Positions 47,534 to 56,990 of a DNA stretch of 64,000 nt are shown here, piece by piece. Numbering within the stretch: position 1 is the first letter of the stretch; each line of letters starts with the position of its first letter. The translations under genes were made by a program, and so were the position numbers. Under the pieces are notes generated by a model, which was not told the origin of the DNA, made no database searches, and worked only from the letters and a program-made list of their open reading frames with translations. Origin of the DNA: Chloroflexota bacterium (lineage in GTDB: Bacteria; Chloroflexota; UBA11872; UBA12225; JAJDUF01); contig DAOUJP010000010.1 in the NCBI GenBank assembly GCA_034422515.1, forward strand, positions 200,123-264,122, in the 5' to 3' direction.

Positions 47534-48160
47534 ATGATGGCTGCCGCCAATGCGACCGACGGCCAGCTTGTACGCGCGGCGTGCGCGGGCCAGGCTGCCG
47601 CCGTCGCGGCCTTGATTGACCGGCACTGGCCGCTCGTACACAAGCTCCTGGCGCGGGCTATCGGGAATTGGACGGAGGCGGAAGACCTAGCCCAGGAGAC
47701 GATGTTCCAGGCCGTGACCCGGCTCTCGGAGCTACGCGAGCCGGAACGCTTCCGGCCGTGGCTCTACACCATTGCGCTCAATCGTGCGCGGCTCTGGTGG
47801 CGGCGCGCGCCGGCGCGTCGGTTTACCCAGTCGCTGGACACGCTCCTAGTGGAGACGCCAGTGACCGTCGAGCGCCACCTGGCTGGCGATGGCGTCTCCG
47901 CCGAGGCAGCCTGGGAAGCCAACGATCTGGCGCGGGCCATCGGGCGGGCGATCTCGGCGCTACCGCAAGAGCAACACCGGGCCATCGTGGCGCACTATAT
48001 AGAGGGGCTGACGTATGACGAGATCGCTACGCTGCTCGCGGTGCCGGCGAGCACCATCCGCGGACGGCTCCACCATGCGCGTGGCCGGCTGCGGCGCGAG
48101 TTGGCGCAGCTGACGAGCGAGGGCTACGCCGAGTTCCGACCGGCCACCCTATGCTCCTAG
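47534..48160 (+). CDS. ECF sigma factor
   Basis: Region 2 DLAQETMFQAVTRLSELREPERFRPWLYTIALNRARLWWRR; region 4 LPQEQHRAIVAHYIEGLTYDEIATLLAVPASTIRGRLHHARGRLRREL. Confidence 0.9.
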   Translation: MMAAANATDGQLVRAACAGQAAAVAALIDRHWPLVHKLLARAIGNWTEAEDLAQETMFQAVTRLSELREPERFRPWLYTIALNRARLWWRRAPARRFTQSLDTLLVETPVTVERHLAGDGVSAEAAWEANDLARAIGRAISALPQEQHRAIVAHYIEGLTYDEIATLLAVPASTIRGRLHHARGRLRRELAQLTSEGYAEFRPATLCS

Positions 48161-48182
48161 CGGACGCAAGCGACCGAGGAGG

Positions 48183-48725
48183 TTGGCGATGACGTATGTC
48201 GAGATGATCGTGGACAGCATCCGCATGAACATTGATGACAGGTCCCGTGCGGCCCTGCGCGAGGGGGCGGATAGTTATCACATTGGCGAGGAACACATCA
48301 GGTCCTGGGTGGTCGTACTCAAGGAGCCGGATAGCGACCGGAGTCTGCCCATCATTATCGGCTCGGCCGAGGCCGAGGCTATCGTGTTCAAGCTCCAGGA
48401 AACGGCAGTGCCGCGACCGATGAGCCACGATCTCATGTTGGGCCTGGCGACTGCTTTCGGGGCGTCGATTCAGGAGGTGCGCGTCACCAAGATGGAACAA
48501 GAGACGTTTTTCGCGGCGGTTGTTGTCGCACGCGATGGTCAGATCAAAGAGATTGACGCCCGTCCGAGCGATGCCATCGCGCTCGCCCTACGCGCGCAAG
48601 TCCCCATCTACGTCCATACGGTCGTAAAGGAGAAGGCTTTTTCGAAGCGGAACGACGCTACGCCAAACTCAACTACGCAGGTGTTCGTGAAGAACAGCCA
48701 ACCGAGTCGAGGGGACGCAGTGTGA
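48183..48725 (+). CDS. Bifunctional-nuclease-domain (BFN/DUF151) protein
   Basis: ARPSDAIALALRAQVPIYV is the DUF151 hallmark; lies 23 nt downstream of the ECF sigma gene. Confidence 0.65.
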   Translation: MAMTYVEMIVDSIRMNIDDRSRAALREGADSYHIGEEHIRSWVVVLKEPDSDRSLPIIIGSAEAEAIVFKLQETAVPRPMSHDLMLGLATAFGASIQEVRVTKMEQETFFAAVVVARDGQIKEIDARPSDAIALALRAQVPIYVHTVVKEKAFSKRNDATPNSTTQVFVKNSQPSRGDAV

Positions 48726-48778
48726 GTCCGGGAAGCGATGCAATTTACTGAACAGGCTAGGCTATCGGCTCGCAGATG

Positions 48779-49975
48779 CTAGGATGCGGCGGCTCGCTCT
48801 ACCAGGGCGGCGATGCCCATGCCACCACCGACGCAGAGGGCGGCGATACCGCGCGTGGCATCGCGTCGAGTCAGCTCGAAGATCAGCGTTGCCAGCACGC
48901 GCGCGCCGCTCGCTCCCAGCGGATGGCCAATGGCAATTGCACCGCCGTTGACGTTGACCTTGGTGCGATCCCAGCCCAACTCCGCCTCGACGGTGAGCAC
49001 TTGGGCCGCGAAGGCTTCGTTCACTTCGAGCAGGTCAATGTCCGCCAGGGTCAAGCCCGTCCGGTCCAGCACGGTGCGGATGGCCGGCACTGGCCCGATA
49101 CCCATACGCAGCGGCTCGACGCCGACGACCGCTACCGATCTGAGCGTAGCCAGGGGTGCGTGACCATGCCGGGCGGCCCACGTCGGAGACGCGACGATCA
49201 GAGCGGTGGCACCGTCATTGATGCCAGCGGCGTTGCCGGCGGTGATGGTGGAGCCGCCGGCGAAGACCGGCGGCAGCTTGGCGAGCGCCTCCAGCGTTGT
49301 ATCCGGTCGTGGGTGCTCATCGGCCGTCACGCGGCGGGGCGGTCCGCGGCGCTGAGACACCTCGACCGGGACGATCTCATCGGCGAAGTGGCAGGCGGCG
49401 AGTGCCGCGGCGTAGCGGCGCTGGCTTTGTAGGGCGAATTCGTCCTGCGCCGCGCGGATGATGCCGAACTCCGCGGCGAGGCCCTCGGCCGTGGTAGCCA
49501 TGTGGCAGTCGTGGAAGGCATCCCAGAGGCCATCGTGGAGCAGGACATCGAGCTGCCGGGCGTGGCCCAGCCGCGCGCCCCACCGTGCATCGGGCAGCAC
49601 GTAGGGCACCTGGCTCATACTCTCCATACCGCCAGCCAAGGCGACCTCCGCCTCGCCGAGCCGGATAGCCTGGGCGGCCAGCGCGACGGCCTGCAAGCCG
49701 GAGGCACAGACTTGGTTGATCGTCATGGCCGGGACGCGATTGGGCACGCCGACGCCCATCGCCACCTGCCGCGCCGGGTTCATGCCGGCCCCGCCCTGGT
49801 AGATTTGGCCGAATATCGCCGTATCAACATCGTCCGGCGCGATCCGGGCGCGTTCGAGGGCCGCGCGCGCGGCGACGGTGCCTAGCTCGACGGCGGATAG
49901 GTCGCGGAACACGCCGCCAAAGCGGCCGAACGGCGTCCGCGCTGCCGACAGAATGACCGGATCCGTGGTGCTCAC
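48779..49975 (-). CDS. Acetyl-CoA C-acetyltransferase (thiolase II)
   Basis: Thiolase signatures INQVCASGLQAV (active Cys), NVNGGAIAIGHPLGASGAR, CVGGGMGIA. Confidence 0.95.
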   Translation of the reverse strand: MSTTDPVILSAARTPFGRFGGVFRDLSAVELGTVAARAALERARIAPDDVDTAIFGQIYQGGAGMNPARQVAMGVGVPNRVPAMTINQVCASGLQAVALAAQAIRLGEAEVALAGGMESMSQVPYVLPDARWGARLGHARQLDVLLHDGLWDAFHDCHMATTAEGLAAEFGIIRAAQDEFALQSQRRYAAALAACHFADEIVPVEVSQRRGPPRRVTADEHPRPDTTLEALAKLPPVFAGGSTITAGNAAGINDGATALIVASPTWAARHGHAPLATLRSVAVVGVEPLRMGIGPVPAIRTVLDRTGLTLADIDLLEVNEAFAAQVLTVEAELGWDRTKVNVNGGAIAIGHPLGASGARVLATLIFELTRRDATRGIAALCVGGGMGIAALVERAAAS

Positions 49976-50004
49976 TGTTTCGTCTCCCCAAGTCTTGGTG
50001 GGCT

Positions 50005-50229
50005 TCAGCCGTAACGCTCCCGGCCCTCGCGGATGATAGTGACTATCTCCTCGGTGGTCACGCCGAGATCAACACCAGCGACATCGAGGGGCGAGCCACG
50101 GGCCGGCTCGGGCTGCAAGACGAACGACCGACCGTCCCGACGACGAATCCGGACCGCACCGTCCCGCTGGGCAACCTCCAGGAGCGACGCAAGGTTCTGC
50201 CTAGCTTCCGAGTAAGTGTAGACTCTCAT
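50005..50229 (-). CDS. Phd/YefM-like antitoxin-fold protein without an adjacent toxin
   Basis: MRVYTYSEARQNLASLLEVAQRDGAVRIRRRDGRSFVL matches the YefM N-terminus (M-TISYSEARQNLS...); divergent 30-aa C-terminus. 24 nt downstream of the MTase gene; no YoeB/ParE/RelE ORF nearby. Confidence 0.6.
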   Translation of the reverse strand: MRVYTYSEARQNLASLLEVAQRDGAVRIRRRDGRSFVLQPEPARGSPLDVAGVDLGVTTEEIVTIIREGRERYG

Positions 50230-50253
50230 GGGCTGACCTCCAAGACTGGGGCC

Positions 50254-51867
50254 TTACTCCTGGGGCCGTAGTGGCGCCGTGCTCACGGCTGGCGCGGCGC
50301 GTGGCGCCCGCTGATAGGTGACGTTGCCCATGTGAGGATAGGCGATCCCTTGCCCGGCGAACAGGTCGGCAACGGTAAGTAGCTGCAAGCCTGGGTAATC
50401 CTGGTCCCAGCCTGGGGAATGATAAGGGTCGGCGCTGGCGGCTTCCTGCCGCATTGCTCGCGTCGGCTCTTGCAGCGAGATGAATACGCCGATAGCAGCC
50501 TGCTCGCGTTGGACGACGCCCCGGAGGTCGCGGACGTGCGCCACGCCGGTCTTGCCGGCCTTGACCGACAAGATGATCTGCTTGGTGCGGCCCTTGGGAC
50601 CTTCATCGTGGAAGTAGAGCCGGCCGTCAATGCCGCGGTCTGCTCCCTTCTTTTGCTCTAGTGGCCGCGCCCCCACCTTCCCTAGTGCCCACCACTGGAA
50701 CTGATACGGGTCTTGTTGGGCGAGTGCTTGGGCGTCCGGCAGCGCCTTGGGTTCTCCAATCACCTCGTAAGTTTGGGCGATGTCCGGTCCGAACGCATCC
50801 TGGAGCCGATGGCGAATGAGGTTAATGGCGAGATGGGTGATGTCAATGCCGATCCAGCGGCGTCCGAGCTTTTGCGCCGCTGCAATTGCGGTCCCACAGC
50901 CGCAGAACGGATCGAGGACGACCGCGCCTTCATTGGAGGAAGCCAGAATGATGCGCTCCAACAGGGCTTCCGGTTTCTGGGTCGGATAGCCAAGGCGCTC
51001 CTTGGACTGAGCGGACACATTCCCTATGTCGGTCCAGAGATTCGTCGGTGCTCGTCCGCCAGACAAATAGGTCTTGCGGTATGGCCGTCCACTCTTTGAC
51101 CATACTAGGCGCCCTTCATTGTCAAGAGCCTCCAACTTACTGCGTTCCATGCGCCAGCCGAATTCTGGAACATAGCCTTTGTATTCATATGCGAGATTAG
51201 GTCTAGGCCCCATTGATGCCGTGCGTATGATCTCGTGGAGTCGATACTTCCCTCGTTCATCCTCGTAGCGATAAAAGTTAGCTACATACGACTCGTCGTG
51301 GGGAACGTATACGCGATTCCATATACGCTTCTTCGTTTTCGCGTAAAACAGGATCGTATCGGTCACATGAGCGAAACGACTGGCGTCATTGTGCGAACTG
51401 GTCCGCTGCCAGATAACCTCACTCCGAAAGCTCTCCCCACCGAAAATTGCGTCCAGCAATAGTTTGAGGTAGTGGCTGGCGTTCGAATCACAGTGGAGAT
51501 AGAGACTGCCCGTTGGCTTCAAGACGCGATGCAGCTCGACGAGGCGCGGCGCCATCATGGACAGGTACGCCAGCATATCGTTGTCGCCGAGGAAGAGGCG
51601 GAAGGCTTGCAGGACCTCGGAGACTTTGCCGCCGGCTTCCACGACCTCTCGGTACGCGGTTGCTGCTGCCTGGTCCCAGTGCCAGGTGTCCTCGAAGGCC
51701 TTGATCTGTGCTGCCGACTGTGAGCCGTCTCGTTCGGCGAACAGCACGTTATAGCTCTGGTTGCTCTTGAAGGGCGGATCGAGGTAGATGAGGTCTACCG
51801 ACTCGTCGGGGACATGCTCGCGGAGCACTTCGAGGTTGTCACCGTAATACAGCGTGTTGTCTGGCAT
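50254..51867 (-). CDS. Beta-class N6-adenine/N4-cytosine DNA methyltransferase fused to a C-terminal Mrr-like (PD-(D/E)xK) restriction-endonuclease domain
   Basis: Motif IV IYLDPPFKSN precedes motif I VVLDPFCGCGTAIAAAQKLGR (beta permutation). The C-terminal approximately 170 aa contains GADRGIDGRLYF...KQIILSVKAGK...AAIGVFISLQEPT, which resembles the Mrr catalytic-domain pattern (D.GIDG...Q/SxK). Confidence 0.75.
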   Translation of the reverse strand: MPDNTLYYGDNLEVLREHVPDESVDLIYLDPPFKSNQSYNVLFAERDGSQSAAQIKAFEDTWHWDQAAATAYREVVEAGGKVSEVLQAFRLFLGDNDMLAYLSMMAPRLVELHRVLKPTGSLYLHCDSNASHYLKLLLDAIFGGESFRSEVIWQRTSSHNDASRFAHVTDTILFYAKTKKRIWNRVYVPHDESYVANFYRYEDERGKYRLHEIIRTASMGPRPNLAYEYKGYVPEFGWRMERSKLEALDNEGRLVWSKSGRPYRKTYLSGGRAPTNLWTDIGNVSAQSKERLGYPTQKPEALLERIILASSNEGAVVLDPFCGCGTAIAAAQKLGRRWIGIDITHLAINLIRHRLQDAFGPDIAQTYEVIGEPKALPDAQALAQQDPYQFQWWALGKVGARPLEQKKGADRGIDGRLYFHDEGPKGRTKQIILSVKAGKTGVAHVRDLRGVVQREQAAIGVFISLQEPTRAMRQEAASADPYHSPGWDQDYPGLQLLTVADLFAGQGIAYPHMGNVTYQRAPRAAPAVSTAPLRPQE

Positions 51868-51885
51868 GGCTGTCTCACACCTAAT

Positions 51886-52893
51886 CTAAGCCCCGATTCC
51901 CGATCCGTCAGGTGTAGATGGTCTGGGTTTAATATAGAAGCACGAATGAAAATTATCCTTGATCTCATCCGCCATCGGTTCCTCGCTCTCGCGCTCATAG
52001 CTGACCTTAACATAGGCATCGTAGGAAACACGCACTAGGGTGTCCTCGCAGAGGCTCAGGCGCTCTCTGACCTCCTTTTCCGCTGCGGGCGCCGCGGTGG
52101 ACGGTGATCGCTTGCAGAGGCCCAGGTACTCTCTGACCTCCTTTTCGGGATTCCATCGAGTGGAAAACCGAAGCTGTACCGTAGATAGTGGGCCAACTCT
52201 CACATCATGCACATGTATTGCCCTTACCAATTCATAATTTCTGACAAATGTCCCGACACGAAACTGGCCTTCATAGTGGCGAATACGCCAGCTATCCATC
52301 CAACTGTTACGCAAGACGATGCTGGATCGAAATTCAATCTCATCATCGTGCCAAAAGGCGTGCTCCACGGGCCCACTCTCAATACTGAGTCCTTTATGTT
52401 CGTGGTCGGCGATCTCATTATCCTTGACTACCAGTTGCCGGATGCGTTTCGGATCCACCGCTGGGCCTAAGACAGGAATAGGGACAGTACGAATAGGAAA
52501 CTCCCACTCAGACCTAATGAGTCTATTCAATTTCACCTTCAGCACCGCTTCCATGGGCCGGCCCTCTTGTGGCGGCTCCCAGCAATCGACAACGGCTTCA
52601 ACTTCCTCGGGCAGTCCTGACACGGGCAACGGGACAGTTATTTCGGCACTGGTTTGGGCGTTCTTGACGTGCCTCTCGCACTTTGCACGATTCTTGACTT
52701 TCCAAACGAGCTTTACACCATCCACCCGCCCGATGCTGGGGGAGGTACTCGTGAACTTGATGCGGAAGGAACCAGCTTGGCCAGAAGCGACAGGGGGTAA
52801 GATTTCTACTCTGAGGTCCGGCATCACCAGTGAGCGCAAGAATCCGACCACAAACGGCAGCCATCCGGGTGAGGGCGCAGAGATAGGGTCCAT
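51886..52893 (-). CDS. Hypothetical protein (low GC) immediately upstream of the MTase::Mrr gene in the same operon
   Basis: Approximately 335-aa ORF with the internal repeat EKEVRE(Y/R)L(G/S)LC twice; start trimmed to MDPISAP because the ORF-track N-terminus overlaps the CoA-transferase gene; no recognised domain. Confidence 0.45.
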   Translation of the reverse strand: MDPISAPSPGWLPFVVGFLRSLVMPDLRVEILPPVASGQAGSFRIKFTSTSPSIGRVDGVKLVWKVKNRAKCERHVKNAQTSAEITVPLPVSGLPEEVEAVVDCWEPPQEGRPMEAVLKVKLNRLIRSEWEFPIRTVPIPVLGPAVDPKRIRQLVVKDNEIADHEHKGLSIESGPVEHAFWHDDEIEFRSSIVLRNSWMDSWRIRHYEGQFRVGTFVRNYELVRAIHVHDVRVGPLSTVQLRFSTRWNPEKEVREYLGLCKRSPSTAAPAAEKEVRERLSLCEDTLVRVSYDAYVKVSYERESEEPMADEIKDNFHSCFYIKPRPSTPDGSGIGA

Positions 52894-52900
52894 GGGCTTA

Positions 52901-54475
52901 CTATACCGGAGCGAGGCGCATTGGCTCGGGGTGGAAGAGGCGGGGGTCCATCGGGCGGAGGGGGGCTTTGATGCGCGGTTGGAAGGCCATTTGTGCGAGG
53001 ACATCGCGCTCCAGGTCCACGCCGGGGGCCAGCTCGGTCAGGGTCAGGCCCGCGGGGGTGAGAGTGAACACGGCCCGCTCCGTGACGTAGAGGACCGGCC
53101 GGCCGGCGGCCTGGGCCAAGGCGCCGTTGAAGGTGACTTGCTCGACCTGCCCGACGAGCTTCTGCTGCCGGCCTTCCTGCCGGATACGCAGGGCGCCGTC
53201 GTCAATCGTTACGGCGAGGCCGCCGGCCGTAAACGTGCCGCAGAAGACGACCCGCTTGGCGTTCTGGCTGATGTTGACGAAGCCGCCGGCGCCGGGCATC
53301 ACGCGACCGAAACGGCTGACGTTGACGTTGCCCTGCGCGTCAATCTGGGCCGCGCCCAGGCAGGCGATGTCGAGGCCACCGCCGTCGTAGAAGTCGAACA
53401 TATACGGCGCATCTATCAACGCCGTAGGCATATACGAGGCGCCGAACGAGAGGCCGCCAGCGGGCACGCCGCCAATGGCCCCGGTTTCGACGGTCAGGAC
53501 GAGATCGTCCATGATTCCTTCTTCGGCAGCAACCGGCGCGACGGCTTCCGGCAGGCCGATGCCCAGGTTCACGATGTCACCCGGCCGTAGCTCAAGGGCT
53601 GCCCGGCGGGCGATCACCTTGCGGGCGTCCAGAGGATGCCGGGGGAGCGCCGGCAGGTCGGCGCTCATATCGGCCACGTAGGCGGGATTGAACCGTTCAT
53701 CGAACGTCTGCCAATGCTCGTCCGGGTCCGCGACGACGACTGTATCCACAAGGATGCCGGGAATTCTTATGTCGCGCAGTGGGAGGCGGGAGGCGCTCAC
53801 GCGCTCCACTTGTGCAATCACGCGGCCGCCGCAGTTATGCACGGCTTGGGCGATGCTCAACATCTCGCCGTAGACCGCTTCCCGCTCCATGCTGATGTTG
53901 CCGTCGGGATCGGCGGTCGTGCCGCGGATGAGGCCGACATCCAGCTCTAGGCGGGGGTAGAAGAGGTACTCGGCGCCGTTCAAGCGGACCACCTGCACCA
54001 GATCGGTGGGAGTAGCCTGGGGGTTGATGCGCCCACCTTCCAGGCGCGGATCGGCAAAGGTGCGGAGACCGACTTGGGTGATGGTACCGGGTTTGCCGGC
54101 GGCAATGTCGCGGAAGAGGTGTATGATGACGCCTTGCGGGAAGTTGTAGCCTTCGATCTTGCCGGCCAAGGCCAACTCACAGATGTGCGGGGCCAGTCCC
54201 CAGTGACCGCCGATCACGCGGCGCAGCAGGCCCTCGTGACCCAGGTGATTGAGGCCGCGACGCCCCCGGTCACCCTGCCCGGCGCCGTAGATCAAGGTGA
54301 GGCCGCGCGGCCGGCCAGTGCGGAGGAAGCGCGTCTCCAGGCCGGCGGTCAGTGCCTCCGGGTGACCGATTCCGACGAACCCGCCGACCGCCACGGCGTC
54401 GCCGTCTTGCACCGCCGCGACGGCCGCATCAAGCGACGTGACTTTGCCCGCAACTGGCTCGTTTTCCATGCTCAT
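52901..54475 (-). CDS. Acyl-CoA:acetate/3-ketoacid CoA-transferase (fused alpha-beta subunits)
   Basis: CoA_trans family motifs across approximately 520 aa: [10 protein letters not shown], catalytic Glu region ...SENG-like MEREAVY..., C-terminal beta-subunit-like half. Confidence 0.85.
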   Translation of the reverse strand: MSMENEPVAGKVTSLDAAVAAVQDGDAVAVGGFVGIGHPEALTAGLETRFLRTGRPRGLTLIYGAGQGDRGRRGLNHLGHEGLLRRVIGGHWGLAPHICELALAGKIEGYNFPQGVIIHLFRDIAAGKPGTITQVGLRTFADPRLEGGRINPQATPTDLVQVVRLNGAEYLFYPRLELDVGLIRGTTADPDGNISMEREAVYGEMLSIAQAVHNCGGRVIAQVERVSASRLPLRDIRIPGILVDTVVVADPDEHWQTFDERFNPAYVADMSADLPALPRHPLDARKVIARRAALELRPGDIVNLGIGLPEAVAPVAAEEGIMDDLVLTVETGAIGGVPAGGLSFGASYMPTALIDAPYMFDFYDGGGLDIACLGAAQIDAQGNVNVSRFGRVMPGAGGFVNISQNAKRVVFCGTFTAGGLAVTIDDGALRIRQEGRQQKLVGQVEQVTFNGALAQAAGRPVLYVTERAVFTLTPAGLTLTELAPGVDLERDVLAQMAFQPRIKAPLRPMDPRLFHPEPMRLAPV

Positions 54476-54547
54476 GTGCCGGCAGTTGTCGTTCTCCGGC
54501 GCGGAATTTGTAGCACGAATGGGACGGCATCTGCATAGTGTGGCTTA

Positions 54548-54635
54548 CTGGCCCCCCTATAGTCCCCCCGCTGCGGCGGGGGGACGGACTGTTCCCTCCC
54601 CCGTCGGGACGGGGGAGGGCTAGGGAGGGGGCCAA
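54548..54635. repeat. Repeat cluster B plus C in the divergent intergenic region
   Basis: CCCCCCTATAGTCCCCCCGCTGCGGCGGGGGGACGG then CCCTCCCCCGTCGGGACGGGGGAGGGCTAGGGAGGGGGCC. Confidence 0.8.
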
Positions 54636-54690
54636 GTTCGGCGAGCCTACGCATATACTATCGGGAGCAGAGCGGTGATAGGAGTGAGCG

Positions 54691-55440
54691 ATGCAGCGAT
54701 TTACGGGTCAAGTGGCGCTGGTGACGGGAGCGGCGACTGGGATTGGCTTCGGCATTGCCCGCCGCTTGGGGAGCGAGGGCGCCAAGGTGTTTGTGGTAGA
54801 CATTGACGAGGCCGGGGGACGCCGCGCGGTCAAAGAACTGGTGGCCGAGGGGGTCACGGCGCGGCTGGCGGTGGCCGACGTGGGCGACGAGCCGGCGGTC
54901 GCGGCGGCAGTCGAGGAGTTGATGGCGACTTGGGGCCGGATTGACGTGCTCGTGAATAACGCCGGGATTGTCGGGCCGACGGCGCCGTTGTGGGAGCTAT
55001 CCGGCGAGGACCTGGATCGCGTCTACCGCACCAACCTGCGTGGCGTGTTTGTCTGCTGCCGGTACGTCATTCCGCACATGCTCGCGCAGGACTACGGTCG
55101 CATCGTGAATATCGCCTCGATTGCCGGCAAAGAAGGCAACCCGCGGGTGGTGCCTTACTCGACGACCAAGGCCGCGGTCATCGGGCTGACCAAGGCACTC
55201 GGCAAGGAGCTGGCCGAGACGGAGGTGCGCGTCAACTGCATCACGCCGGCCGTCGTGCGGACGGCCATCCTGGATCAGACGGACGAGGCGATGGTGGAGT
55301 ACATGATTAGCCGCATTCCGATGCAGCGCACGGGCCAGATCGCGGAGATCGCGTCGTTGGTGGCGTGGATCGCCTCGGAAGAGTGCTCGTTCAGCACGGG
55401 CGCGGTCTTCGACATCAGCGGGGGGCGCGCGACGTATTAG
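54691..55440 (+). CDS. Short-chain dehydrogenase/reductase (3-hydroxybutyrate or 3-oxoacyl reductase-like)
   Basis: TGAATGIG cofactor motif; NNAG; catalytic YSTTKAAVIGLTKALGKE (YxxxK). Confidence 0.9.
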   Translation: MQRFTGQVALVTGAATGIGFGIARRLGSEGAKVFVVDIDEAGGRRAVKELVAEGVTARLAVADVGDEPAVAAAVEELMATWGRIDVLVNNAGIVGPTAPLWELSGEDLDRVYRTNLRGVFVCCRYVIPHMLAQDYGRIVNIASIAGKEGNPRVVPYSTTKAAVIGLTKALGKELAETEVRVNCITPAVVRTAILDQTDEAMVEYMISRIPMQRTGQIAEIASLVAWIASEECSFSTGAVFDISGGRATY

Positions 55441-55520
55441 TTGCCAGTTGCCGGTGACTAGTGGTCAGTGGAGCGGGGGTAGGCCGCTGCCCGTCATTCC
55501 GGCTTGCGCCGGAATCGGCC

Positions 55521-55811
55521 TCAGGTGGGCGTGTTGGCGAGCGACTCGCTGACGTTGGTGCCATTTGCGGCGCGAGCACAATCGAGGTCGTACATCTGCT
55601 GGAGATTAAGCCAGAAATCGGGAGTCATCCCCAAGGCTGCTCCAATCCGCAGCGCCGTGTCGACCGTGATCGGCGCTTGATGGTGGATGATTTGGTTGAG
55701 GCGTATTGGGTCCACGCCCATCGTCTGCGCTAGATGGTCCTGGCTGATGTGGAGTTCATCCAGAATCTCTACCAGATGCTCTCCTGGGTGGATCGGGTCA
55801 AGGGTGGTCAT
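55521..55811 (-). CDS. higA: HigA-type antitoxin (XRE-family HTH)
   Basis: IHPGEHLVEILDEL...LAQTMGVDPIRLNQIIHHQAPITVDTALRIGAALGMTPDFWLNLQQMYDL matches the HigA antidote consensus. Confidence 0.85.
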   Translation of the reverse strand: MTTLDPIHPGEHLVEILDELHISQDHLAQTMGVDPIRLNQIIHHQAPITVDTALRIGAALGMTPDFWLNLQQMYDLDCARAANGTNVSESLANTPT

Positions 55812-55825
55812 GGATGTTTTCCTCA

Positions 55826-56092
55826 GTGGTAGTCGGTAACTTCGATCTCCATCGCGCCTTGGGTCGTCCAACGAAAGCATACACGCCACTGGCCGTTGAT
55901 GCGAATGCTGTGTTGGCCCTTCCGGTTACCATTTGGGGGGCTTGAGGTGCAGAGAAGGCGGCGGCTTAAGGGCAGCCAGCCGCTCCCTCTCCACAACCAT
56001 CTTCGGCTCTTTGGGCGCCTGGCGCTTGGTCGGCAGGTAAGGGTACCGTTCCCCTTTGGGTATCCGTACCGTGCGCTTGTTCTTAAATCGTC
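55826..56092 (-). pseudogene. higB: higB toxin (RelE/ParE-fold HigB) disrupted by a frameshift
   Basis: N-terminal frame MKPRRFKNKRTVRIPKG...KPPPSLHLKPPKW-stop. The C-terminal HigB hallmark ...GNRKGQHSIRINGQWRVCFRWTTQGAMEIEVTDYH-stop lies in the +1 frame; it ends 14 nt before the higA ATG. Confidence 0.65.
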
Positions 56093-56990
56093 TCGGTTTC
56101 ATGGTGAGACTCCTTTCTCTGCTCTCGGCGTTCGTACCACAGACACCCCAGCGTTAAAAACACAGGGGCCGGGGAAACCCGGCCCCAATGTGTGTAGGCC
56201 TCCTTGATGTAACAGGAGGTTGTGAAGTTAAACCTCACCGTGTCGGATGGTTTGTTGCTGAAGACGGTGTATCGTTTGGAAGGTTGCCCGCAGTATTCTA
56301 GGACGTTCTAGTATTTCTACGTCAAGCTATCGGAAGATCGTTTGTAGTGCTCTGACCACAAGGGCAAGAGTGATCAGGTAGTAAGCGAATTGAATAAAGT
56401 CGTACTCCATTCAGGTCTCCTTTCCGGTCGACGCTGCGGGCGCCGTCAACCTGTATTTTTTTGGAGCGTACCAAGTAAAAACATCTACTCGGCACGATTC
56501 CATCTCTGGTGCCAGCGGTCGTGACGAGTTCTATTTCAGAAGTTTCCGGCAGTAAATCTGTTGAGATGGAAGTGTGTGATATCAGCGTGAAAAGTAATCC
56601 CGTAGTGACCTATACGGGATTGCACCGTGCTCTCCAGCCGCTAGGCTGTATTTACAGCCACAAAGAATCTTTACCTCAAAGATAACAATTGCTATTATGT
56701 AAGGACATGTAGACGCCAGAACACCTATGCCGGATTTTTCGCGATATCATCTAATTTTTTATTTGCTTACTAGAAAGACTGGAAGGCGCTGTACACCTCC
56801 TGGTAGGGAGCGGAGGTATAGAAGACTGGGAGAATACCTCTCAGTATCCATGGTACCTCCTAGGTCTACAGTAGTCAAGTAGAACGAATGGACTACTGGA
56901 GCTGGCTGGAACCTACACCAGAGCCATCAAGCCCCACAGGACGGGAGTGCCAGCTTGGCAAAGTCATTAGTAGCGACATAGCGTAGCCCC

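Noticed and set aside
55896-56207. 103-aa plus-strand ORF over the higB region
   Set aside because: It is antisense to the recognisable (frameshifted) HigB coding sequence and has no motifs.
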